From Promethearchaeota archaeon (GTDB taxonomy: Archaea > Asgardarchaeota > Lokiarchaeia > Sigyniarchaeales > SOKP01), in contig JABXKD010000074.1 in assembly GCA_013375475.1 (NCBI GenBank), positions 1-17,264 on the forward strand: a stretch of DNA of 17,264 nucleotides, given 5' to 3'. Numbering within the stretch: the first letter of the stretch is position 1; each line of letters begins with the position of its first letter. Position numbers and translations under genes: made by a program. Below are positions 1 through 7,762 of the stretch, one piece after another. Under the pieces are notes generated by a model. The model was not told the DNA's origin. It saw nothing but the letters and a program-made list of their open reading frames with translations, and made no database searches.

Positions 1-15
1 CTAAAAAAGGCTGAA

Positions 16-378
16 ATGCTGTTAAAAACCCAATCTATGCCAATTGAAATAGTTAAGATTCATTCAGCAGAAGAATTTAAACAACTTAAATCTGATTACT
101 CAGAAAAGATTTTAATAATAGATTTCTGGGCAGTATGGTGCTCACCATGTATGATGTTTGCCCCCGTGTTTGAGAAGCTTCAAAAGGAACTTTACAAAGA
201 ATTTATCTTTGTTAAGGTAAATGTAGACGAAGTGGGTGCTATAGCTCAGGAGTATAGAATAACGGGAATTCCAACGACACTGTTTATTAAAAATGATAAA
301 GTTATACATAAAGTAGTTGGCGCTGTAAACGAAGATCATTTGAGAAGAGTCTTAGAAAAGCTAAGATCGTTTACTTAA
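16..378 (+). CDS. trxA: Thioredoxin
   Basis: IIDFWAVWCSPC active-site motif, KVNVD, cis-Pro GIPT and VGA loop. True start may be ATG at 37 (MPIEIVK). Confidence 0.95.
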   Translation: MLLKTQSMPIEIVKIHSAEEFKQLKSDYSEKILIIDFWAVWCSPCMMFAPVFEKLQKELYKEFIFVKVNVDEVGAIAQEYRITGIPTTLFIKNDKVIHKVVGAVNEDHLRRVLEKLRSFT

Positions 379-425
379 TTTATTTTTTATTTTTAATTTT
401 ATATATAATTATTAGGTGGAAATCT

Positions 426-872
426 TTGGAAAGTATCTCAAAACAGCTAGAAAAAATGGTAGAAGAGAATAAAGTCTTCAAAAGCGAAAAGCTATTAAAA
501 TGTATATTAGGACTTAATGTCATAGAATCGAATGTCTTTTCGTTTATATTAAAAAACGAGGATGTGACTACTATGAAATTAACTGAAGTATTTGATAAAG
601 ATCGAAGCTCAATTCAAAGAGCTCTGATAAAACTTAACGATGCTGGCGTTATTGAGAAGCGTTCAGTTTCGCTAAAAGAATACAGCGAAAAAGATGGCAA
701 AGGAGAAACAAATAAACGTGGATATTTATATTTATATGGGACAAAAAATTTAGACATGATAAAACAGCAACTTCGTGAGCTTCTTGATACATGGTACAAT
801 TCTATGTCTGATTACATTGATAATATTGATAGTATTTTCGACTGCTATGAAGAGAATGGAGAACTTTGTTAA
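426..872 (+). CDS. TrmB-like (COG3355-type) winged-HTH transcriptional regulator
   Basis: LLKCILGLN..E..VF..L, recognition helix KDRSSIQRALIKLNDAGVIEK and wing GYLYLY. TTG start follows GGTGGA (415-420); ATG 456 is an alternative start. Confidence 0.8.
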   Translation: MESISKQLEKMVEENKVFKSEKLLKCILGLNVIESNVFSFILKNEDVTTMKLTEVFDKDRSSIQRALIKLNDAGVIEKRSVSLKEYSEKDGKGETNKRGYLYLYGTKNLDMIKQQLRELLDTWYNSMSDYIDNIDSIFDCYEENGELC

Positions 873-908
873 TTTTATCGATTACATCTCTATAAAATAA
901 AAAGGAAT

Positions 909-1316
909 TTAGAAGGGTAAAACTATTAAAGTTACACCCAATAGTATGCCAAGCAATATTGCTACGATAACATAGAGTATAAAAGCCACGATGGTTACTG
1001 CTATTGCACCAAAGAGTCCTGTATGATGACGGGCACTTATTATCAACCAAGCCACAATCAGAACAATTACCCATGTCACCCAACTCGCACTGCTTAAGAA
1101 TAGAAATGTTAGAGCATAAATAATAGTAATTACGAAAGAAGTTAAGAATACGGATCCAAATTCCGTATGTCTCGCACTGCTGAATAAACTCAAAGCGATT
1201 TTAAGAAAGATCGTCATTACTAAGAGAAAGATCAAGTAAAGGATCAGGAACCATACGATATCTTCTGGAGAGCTAAAAGTTTGAGCCCAATCTTCGTTAA
1301 AGATGTCAAATAACAT
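909..1316 (-). CDS. Small 4-TM membrane protein, weak Yip1-like resemblance
   Basis: Four hydrophobic segments; GAGG RBS just upstream (gaacctc at 1321-1327 on +); SARH..FG motif occurs twice. Confidence 0.75.
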   Translation of the reverse strand: MLFDIFNEDWAQTFSSPEDIVWFLILYLIFLLVMTIFLKIALSLFSSARHTEFGSVFLTSFVITIIYALTFLFLSSASWVTWVIVLIVAWLIISARHHTGLFGAIAVTIVAFILYVIVAILLGILLGVTLIVLPF

Positions 1317-1453
1317 AATAGAACCTCATTTTATTATAATAGTTTTTAGAATTTCACGACATATTTATTTGTTATTTATATTTTCTTGAAGGTGTAAATT
1401 GTGAATATTTTTTAATTGAAAAAGACATTAATAGAATTTAAAAAAAATAATAA

Positions 1454-2257
1454 TTAAATATCAATATCCCATTTAAGGAATGAATATGGGACAAACTTCT
1501 CTGATTCTAATTCTGCTGCAATATGTCCTCTTAACATAGAATTATTACCCTTTAGATATAGCGCTCCTAGTATTTTATTAACTACGAGTTCGCCCCAAGG
1601 ATCGCTCTCTGATGATTTGAGAGATAAATCAGCGTTTCCGATTTTCAACTCTGTTGGTCTAAATACTACTTCTTCTCTAATTAATCGGGGATTATAATCA
1701 AAATAATTGCCATCGGGAGATGGAAAATGCTTATAGTTATAAGTAACTTCTGTGATTTCTATTCCACCACCAGTAGCTCCGCCAGTTCTTTCAGTAACTA
1801 GATCTAAAAACTCGGGAGAGTTGGGTCTTCCATTTAATTTCGCTTTAACTTCAAAAAAACGCGTCCCATGGCGTTCTGCCCATCCTTCAGCATTTCTTTT
1901 CTCTTTATGGTAGTAAATATTAGCCATTTTCTTAGGATAACCAAAAACCTCCCTCCCCGCTGCTAGGGCCATATCATCAGTGACTGGCATCGCTAAACAA
2001 TATCCACCCTCAATATTCTCATATTCACATGAAAGGAAAACAGCTGCTTCTTTATAAACAGCACCAAAATTAGTTTTTGGATAATCTGCTACGAAAGCAT
2101 ATACAGTAGGTGATTCAACCGGTTTTAGAGGAGGTGGAAGTAACTTTTCAATTATTTCAGGTTTGGTCTCCCAATAAACCACTAACATTTCAGCATCGTA
2201 AAAATCAGCAGACTCGCGGCTAGACATAAATCCGCCAGATTCTCTTAAAAAACTCAT
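1454..2257 (-). CDS. Acetoacetate decarboxylase (Adc)-family protein
   Basis: LLPPPL, Y.EAAV, and GREVFGYPKK with the Schiff-base lysine; DPW motif near the C-terminus. Substrate not determinable. Confidence 0.9.
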   Translation of the reverse strand: MSFLRESGGFMSSRESADFYDAEMLVVYWETKPEIIEKLLPPPLKPVESPTVYAFVADYPKTNFGAVYKEAAVFLSCEYENIEGGYCLAMPVTDDMALAAGREVFGYPKKMANIYYHKEKRNAEGWAERHGTRFFEVKAKLNGRPNSPEFLDLVTERTGGATGGGIEITEVTYNYKHFPSPDGNYFDYNPRLIREEVVFRPTELKIGNADLSLKSSESDPWGELVVNKILGALYLKGNNSMLRGHIAAELESEKFVPYSFLKWDIDI

Positions 2258-2382
2258 AATTTAATTACGTCATATATTTTCTTGTTGGATTAATTTTTGT
2301 AAATTGATTATGCATTTAAAAATTACTAATAATTTACGGAATGATTTGTTCTAGTAAATTTGATTCTTCCATCTTTATTCTC

Positions 2383-3912
2383 TTATTCTTCATCTTTAAT
2401 TATATGCTCTGAAAGATCATGGTCGTAGTTGTACATGTAAAACTTCTTTGGGCTCAATAAATAATTAGGATCAACCGTTTTTTTCATATCCTTGAAAAAC
2501 TGAATAAATTCAGGAGTATACGCATCAGCTTCAACAATGGATTGGGAGATTGCTTCTCCAAGCCAATAATGGACACCTCCATACCGAACTTGATGTCTTA
2601 ATTTCTTATGCCACATCTTCATAGAAGCTTCGCGTTGTTCGTCTACATTATCAGCGTTAAATCCACCAACAATTACACAATTTCCATTAGGTAAAAGGAA
2701 TATAACAGTAGCGAATAGGGACATGCTATCTGGAGGTAATTCGCCTCTGTATTTATTATCAAACTGAGCACTAGATTTTGCTACTTCTGGAATTGCACTT
2801 ATAGGTACTTTGTGACATGTAGTACAAGAAATTTTTGGTGGAGTAATAGAGATGTATTTATTAAAATAATTATAAGCAAATTTTAGATTAAATTTCCAAT
2901 CTTTAGAAAGAGTAAGGGAGGTATCAATCTCTTGCCATTCGAAAGGTCTAGCTTCTTCTTTCATAATAGAATCAACTTTTTCAAGATATATTTCCAAAAC
3001 TCTCTCATCCATAGCTTCTACTAGTATTGAAAAAACAGGTCCTTTTAATCTTGGCCTTTTTTCTGGTTTAAATTCTGTCATAGTTGACAATAATTGAACG
3101 AGAATTAGGGGTACTACTAATACATCATGCAATCCATCTCTAATATTTTTACGTAGCTTGTACATAAGTTCATACACTTTGTTATAATCGTTGCTATTTA
3201 GTATGTAATATCTTTGTTGTTTAAATAGCGTTTCAGGAAATAGGCGCAAGAAAGCTTTAGTTTTAATACCCATGGTTCCAACATCTCCCATAAATAAACC
3301 GGTAAAATCTGGTGCAACCCCATATCTACAGAATGGTTTAGCAAATTTATTAACTGCCGCACCAGTCCTAATTATTGTACCTTTGGGGTTTGGTAATACA
3401 ACTTCTACACCTAAACAAATATCCGGAACTAAACCATATTTTGTTGAACCAAATCCTGCTGTACTATTTGACAACCCACCCCCGATTGTTGCAGAATATC
3501 CACTTCCGGGACCTAATACTCCAGTCGTTAAATCTTTTTGATGTAGTTGAGACAATAATGATCCCCAGGTAATACCACATTCTACTTCACAATAGTAGTC
3601 TGTTTCATTAATTTCAATAATTTGATTCATCCTCGTTAAATCTAAAAGACATCCTCCTTGAGTAACAGAACCACCGACTAGATCTGCACCACCACCTCTT
3701 GGAACCATAGGAATGTTATATTTATTGGCAATTTTTACAATTTCTGAGACTTCTTCTGAAGATTCAGGTCTGACTATAAAATCTGCCCATCTATCGGGGA
3801 AGGCAGGATCAACATTTCGTGAATAAGCTGCTTTCATAAAGTCTTTATCAGTAATATATTTCGAACCAATAATATCTTCTATTTCTTTATAGGCTTCTTT
3901 AACTTTAGACAT
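2383..3912 (-). CDS. FAD-binding oxidoreductase, VAO/PCMH (GlcD/FAD_binding_4) superfamily
   Basis: VRPESSEEVSEIVKIA, PRGGG, ATIGG, KYG...LGVEVVLP, GDVGTMGI and C-terminal K...DPNYLLSP. Confidence 0.92.
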   Translation of the reverse strand: MSKVKEAYKEIEDIIGSKYITDKDFMKAAYSRNVDPAFPDRWADFIVRPESSEEVSEIVKIANKYNIPMVPRGGGADLVGGSVTQGGCLLDLTRMNQIIEINETDYYCEVECGITWGSLLSQLHQKDLTTGVLGPGSGYSATIGGGLSNSTAGFGSTKYGLVPDICLGVEVVLPNPKGTIIRTGAAVNKFAKPFCRYGVAPDFTGLFMGDVGTMGIKTKAFLRLFPETLFKQQRYYILNSNDYNKVYELMYKLRKNIRDGLHDVLVVPLILVQLLSTMTEFKPEKRPRLKGPVFSILVEAMDERVLEIYLEKVDSIMKEEARPFEWQEIDTSLTLSKDWKFNLKFAYNYFNKYISITPPKISCTTCHKVPISAIPEVAKSSAQFDNKYRGELPPDSMSLFATVIFLLPNGNCVIVGGFNADNVDEQREASMKMWHKKLRHQVRYGGVHYWLGEAISQSIVEADAYTPEFIQFFKDMKKTVDPNYLLSPKKFYMYNYDHDLSEHIIKDEE

Positions 3913-3985
3913 ATTTACAGTCCAACTATGATGTAATTATTATAAAATAGAATATATGAACTAATAAAATTATAGAAAAAGAAAT

Positions 3986-4771
3986 TTATTTCAATTTCTT
4001 GACTCGTTTATTTATTTTGTTCTTAATATCTTCGTAAGAAGGCGGGGGTCCAGTTCTAACTTCCTTCCCATCGATAAAAAGGGCGTCCGCAATACCCCAT
4101 TCTGAAAAATTTTCTCTATTAAAAGTATCAATCTCCGTAAACACGACTTTATCTCCGAATTCTGATGCTGCTCTCTTTGCTCTTTCGAATACGATGTTTT
4201 GAGAAGGACACCACCCGTTTAAGAATGCTGTGACTGATACTTTTCCAGGAATTTTCTCGGGTTTCTTTTTCTGTTTTATCCACTTAGGTGCGACAGCATC
4301 TTCAGAAAATGGTTTCCATAGTAAAACTGCCATACTTTGTTTATCAACTTTTTCGTATCCATGCTTTTTGAACCAAGAAGCTTTCATCCAAAAAGGTAAC
4401 GATACACCCCACGCTACTACTCCCTTAGCACCTCTACCGCGGATATCCTCTTCAGCAGCTTTTATCAGTTTAGTGCCTATACCCTTTTTTTGAAAGTTTC
4501 CAACACCTTCTTCGTAGCCATGTACCCATACGCAATTAATATAGTAGAGGTCTTCTCCTTCAGCAAAAGAATACTCGATTGGAATGTATTGTATCATTCC
4601 TACAACCTCTTCTTTTTTGTTCAAAGCCAATTTTACGCCAAGACCCTTATCTTTCATTTTACTGTACCAATCCTCTTTATGGTCCCCTGCTTCTTTCATT
4701 TCGTCGCTCCAATCTTCTAAACACATAAAATAAAGATCGTTGTATTTTTCGTCTAAATCTACAATCTGCAT
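3986..4771 (-). CDS. GNAT-family N-acetyltransferase with C-terminal thioredoxin-like (YoaP-like) domain
   Basis: Acetyl-CoA motif FQKKGIGTKLI and WFKKHGY; C-terminal VTAFLNGWCPS...LFIDGK. Confidence 0.85.
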   Translation of the reverse strand: MQIVDLDEKYNDLYFMCLEDWSDEMKEAGDHKEDWYSKMKDKGLGVKLALNKKEEVVGMIQYIPIEYSFAEGEDLYYINCVWVHGYEEGVGNFQKKGIGTKLIKAAEEDIRGRGAKGVVAWGVSLPFWMKASWFKKHGYEKVDKQSMAVLLWKPFSEDAVAPKWIKQKKKPEKIPGKVSVTAFLNGWCPSQNIVFERAKRAASEFGDKVVFTEIDTFNRENFSEWGIADALFIDGKEVRTGPPPSYEDIKNKINKRVKKLK

Positions 4772-4859
4772 TTTTCTTTACCTATCAGATTTCAAATATA
4801 ATAACTAATGAATAATTAGATAACTAATAATAAAAAGGTGATAGATCTCAAATTTAGTG

Positions 4860-5201
4860 TTACATCCAAGATGCTACTTTTGGAGTTTGCGCTAAAATAT
4901 CAACAAGATCGTTGTATTCAATACATTTTATTCTAGGATCAACTGTATTTGGTTCAATCCCTCGCGCTAATAGATCGGGATTCAGTGCAAATACCGATAT
5001 TGAGAGGTTTAACAATTTATCTAACAAATTTGGCATTATACCACTTTGTGATGTTCCTATTACCCCATCTTGAATTAGAACGATTGCTATACTAGTATTA
5101 TTTTTAATCTGTTTACTTACAATGCCTAACAAGTTGTCAAGATACACTTGTTTTCGAGTACTGAATCCGTATAAATATACAATATCTTTCTCAATTTCCA
5201 T
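4860..5201 (-). CDS. dsrH: DsrH/TusB-family sulfur relay subunit
   Basis: VLIQDGV, DLLARGI, I.Y..LVD and terminal W. ATG 5201 preferred because AGGTGA lies just upstream; the track start is GTG 5216. Confidence 0.85.
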   Translation of the reverse strand: MEIEKDIVYLYGFSTRKQVYLDNLLGIVSKQIKNNTSIAIVLIQDGVIGTSQSGIMPNLLDKLLNLSISVFALNPDLLARGIEPNTVDPRIKCIEYNDLVDILAQTPKVASWM

Positions 5202-5219
5202 TATCATCACCTTCACATA

Positions 5220-5588
5220 TCAATACCTATACGTCACGTCTGCCTCTAAGATTAATTTTGAAATTTCTTGCATATCTGCCACTTTTATATTATCATAGTC
5301 TATTAAATCCGAATCTTTTATACCCGCGACTTCTAAAGCAGAATCTAGAACGAAAACATCTAAATCAGAAAGTTCCATTAACCGGAAAATATTCGAAGGG
5401 GCCTCCCTATTAACTTTCTCGGGGTCAAACTTCTTGGATAAAAAGTAAACTGAATCACCCATAAAGATTATCTTACATTCGTCTAGATCTCCTACTGCCA
5501 TAATTCCAGCACCCATTCGGATCGCTTCGACAGCTGAATTCTTACCAATGGGAGAATCTTCGCATAAAATAACTACTGATTTGACCAT
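5220..5588 (-). CDS. dsrF: DsrF/TusC-family sulfur relay subunit
   Basis: SP.G...A.EAIR, IFMGDSVY and SALEVAGI motifs. ATG 5588 follows GGAGG embedded in the end of dsrE; the track start is 5615. Confidence 0.82.
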   Translation of the reverse strand: MVKSVVILCEDSPIGKNSAVEAIRMGAGIMAVGDLDECKIIFMGDSVYFLSKKFDPEKVNREAPSNIFRLMELSDLDVFVLDSALEVAGIKDSDLIDYDNIKVADMQEISKLILEADVTYRY

Positions 5589-5592
5589 AAAA

Positions 5593-5961
5593 TCATCCTC
5601 CAGGCCCGAAAACAATTACTCTATCTGATTCTGCCATCCACTCAGACAATCCTCCTAAACCTACTTGAGACGCGTTTTTGACTAATTCCTCAGGATTTAA
5701 GCCAGTAAAGTTCATCCAAGTGCTACATGCAGATAAACCCATATCGTTCTCGTTAACAAAATTTTGAAGACGTTTAGGCAAATCTCTCATTGATGGGCTT
5801 ATATTTATTTCCCGTTTCGCACTATAGACGCCGCTTCCATAAAAGAATATACCTAATATTTTATGACCCTTCTTTAGGATTGCTTGTCCTAAGTTAAGCA
5901 TTGTATCTATCGCTTCGAACTTGTAAGGTTCAGCACATACGACAAAGGTAAAAACAACCAT
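5593..5961 (-). CDS. dsrE: DsrE/TusD-family sulfurtransferase subunit
   Basis: EPY, GH.I.GIFFYGSGVY, active-site-equivalent Cys in SACSTW (5725-5727) and GLG.L......DRV..F. Confidence 0.88.
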   Translation of the reverse strand: MVVFTFVVCAEPYKFEAIDTMLNLGQAILKKGHKILGIFFYGSGVYSAKREINISPSMRDLPKRLQNFVNENDMGLSACSTWMNFTGLNPEELVKNASQVGLGGLSEWMAESDRVIVFGPGG

Positions 5962-6042
5962 ATTAACAAAATAAATTTTTTATTAATTTATACTTATGCT
6001 AATTCTTTCATCAAGAAAAGAAAAAAAAATAGTTTATTGAAA

Positions 6043-6867
6043 TTAGTCCCTTAGGGTAATTTGGTTCTCATCAATCAATCGATCTTTGAAAATCAATAGA
6101 AGAGCTAATAAACCAACAGCGAGCAACGCACCGATCAGATAATCAAGCGTCTTCGTTCGAATAATTTGTGTTGGAATGTTGATCGTTATAATAGTTAAAG
6201 CCGGAACAAATGCTAACCACCACCCATTTTTTTTACGCTCTGCCATCAGAGGGATAGAACCAAAAAGCATAAGTACAGCAATCCAATTCACCTCACCGGA
6301 TAGAGTTAAAATCCACCATTCTAAGCCCGCGAAACCAGGTTGGCCCGGTCTTGTCAACAACATTCTTTGTGCTCCAATGCCAATAACAAACGCATGTGTT
6401 GCCAACATGCCGATAAACGTATATGTGATTAAGTTCACTATTTTTTCAAGAAGATTATCGTGCTTATGGAAGAGTATTACGCTCCAAAAGCCCAGCAATC
6501 CAACAAACGAGATCATCATAGGGATGGGGAAACCCCCTACGAAACTTATGTAAGGGAGAAACATGAACATTCCACTTATGGAAGGTATTGCATAAGCAGT
6601 TAATTCCACCTTCATAGTCCATTCCTTACCTTTATAGATTGATGGGACAATTGTTAGTAGAATAATTCCCGCCACATATCCTACAGCTCGCCACAAAGGA
6701 TAAAATAAGGAGAATAGAGTTATTCCACTACTATACTGAGGTCCTGCAGCTTGAAGCGCAATTATAAGAGGATCCAGAGTTATCTGCACTAGTATAGGCG
6801 CGACAAGGAGCATGAAGAGGCCAATAGCAACTGCGAAGACACATTTGATCAAATTAGTCTTATTCAT
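6043..6867 (-). CDS. Uncharacterised ~8-TM membrane protein (paralog of 14360-15214)
   Basis: About 8 hydrophobic helices; shares F.PL....G..AG.I.LT.......K.W and GM.....F..GI.A....R with 14360-15214. Confidence 0.85.
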   Translation of the reverse strand: MNKTNLIKCVFAVAIGLFMLLVAPILVQITLDPLIIALQAAGPQYSSGITLFSLFYPLWRAVGYVAGIILLTIVPSIYKGKEWTMKVELTAYAIPSISGMFMFLPYISFVGGFPIPMMISFVGLLGFWSVILFHKHDNLLEKIVNLITYTFIGMLATHAFVIGIGAQRMLLTRPGQPGFAGLEWWILTLSGEVNWIAVLMLFGSIPLMAERKKNGWWLAFVPALTIITINIPTQIIRTKTLDYLIGALLAVGLLALLLIFKDRLIDENQITLRD

Positions 6868-6914
6868 TTAGTTAACACTATATAATTAGTTTTTATGAGT
6901 TATATTGTGTGTGT

Positions 6915-6960
6915 TATTTATTTAAGGAAGTAAATAAATATGTTACTTTACCCGTAAAGT
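6915..6960. promoter_or_regulatory. Two tandem inverted repeats upstream of 6043-6867
   Basis: TATTTATTTA-aggaag-TAAATAAATA (6915-6940) and ACTTTAC-cc-GTAAAGT (6945-6960), both with perfect arms. Confidence 0.5.
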
Positions 6961-7019
6961 TATTTTTACTAAGGGGACTCTATTTTAGATAAGAGTTTAA
7001 AAGTAATTATTTATCCCGC

Positions 7020-7109
7020 TTAATTAGCTTCTATTGGTTTAATTTCAGGATTAGTATGGAATATCATTTGGCGTGAATATCGTTCGATCTGATCTCTAGT
7101 CAAATCCAT
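7020..7109 (-). pseudogene. 29-aa ORF comprising only the ThiF/MoeB/E1-like N-terminal helix (gene remnant or mini-protein)
   Basis: Manual translation gives MDLTRDQIERYSRQMIFHTNPEIKPIEAN*. L...QIERYSRQ.I is the ThiF/MoeB N-terminal signature; no GxGxxG follows. Confidence 0.7.
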
Positions 7110-7195
7110 CTATATTCAATTTTTGTTTAACTAATCGTGTAAAAATCTTTTCATATTATAAAAAAAAAGTTGTTGTATAAGATGTGTCTTAACAA

Positions 7196-7699
7196 TTAAT
7201 CAAAATATTCTACAATTTCTTCTAAGGATTTCCGCGGTCTAGGTTCTGGAATATCTCCATAAGGGTATCCTAATGGAAGAACGGTCAACAAATAATCATT
7301 TTGATTAAGATTTAATAATTTTTTTACTTTATCTCTATTTATATTACCAATAAAGCAAGTTCCAATACCAAAAGTCCAAGCAGCTAAAGCCAATTGCAAG
7401 GAAGCGAAACACGTATCTTGCAAATACCAATTTGGTTGAGCCTCAACATCACCAACAATGATTACTAATACAGGTGCTTCAGCTGCGAAGGTTCCAGTTG
7501 TACATTCCTTAGCTACTTTTGATATAAGCTCTTTATTTCGAATTACCAAAAATTTCCAAGGTTGCCTATTTACTGCGCTCCAACACCAACGTGTAGCCTC
7601 AAATATTTCAGTAAGAACCTCCTCTTCTATAGGACGAGAATCATATCGTCGTATACTCCTTCTTTCCTTTAGTAATCTTCTCTGTTCGTTTTCACTCAT
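7196..7699 (-). CDS. Nitroreductase-family flavoprotein
   Basis: RRSIRRY, SAVNRQPWKF, APV, GIGTCFIG, LGYP and RPRK.L.E motifs. Confidence 0.93.
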   Translation of the reverse strand: MSENEQRRLLKERRSIRRYDSRPIEEEVLTEIFEATRWCWSAVNRQPWKFLVIRNKELISKVAKECTTGTFAAEAPVLVIIVGDVEAQPNWYLQDTCFASLQLALAAWTFGIGTCFIGNINRDKVKKLLNLNQNDYLLTVLPLGYPYGDIPEPRPRKSLEEIVEYFD

Positions 7700-7762
7700 T
7701 GTTAAAACCTTAATGGATATTTAAAAAATTACATAATTAATATATTAAATCATTATAATTCA

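Noticed and set aside
2299-2360. GTAAATT/AATTTAC repeated and inverted 7-mers
   Set aside because: Irregular spacing and AT-rich; not distinguishable from background.
4801-4828. ATAACTAAT direct repeat upstream of the GNAT gene
   Set aside because: Short and AT-rich; expected by chance at this composition.
5540-5595. Possible selenocysteine read-through of the dsrE TGA
   Set aside because: The TGA falls at the natural family C-terminus, the active-site residue is already Cys, and read-through gives only a short unrelated peptide overlapping dsrF.
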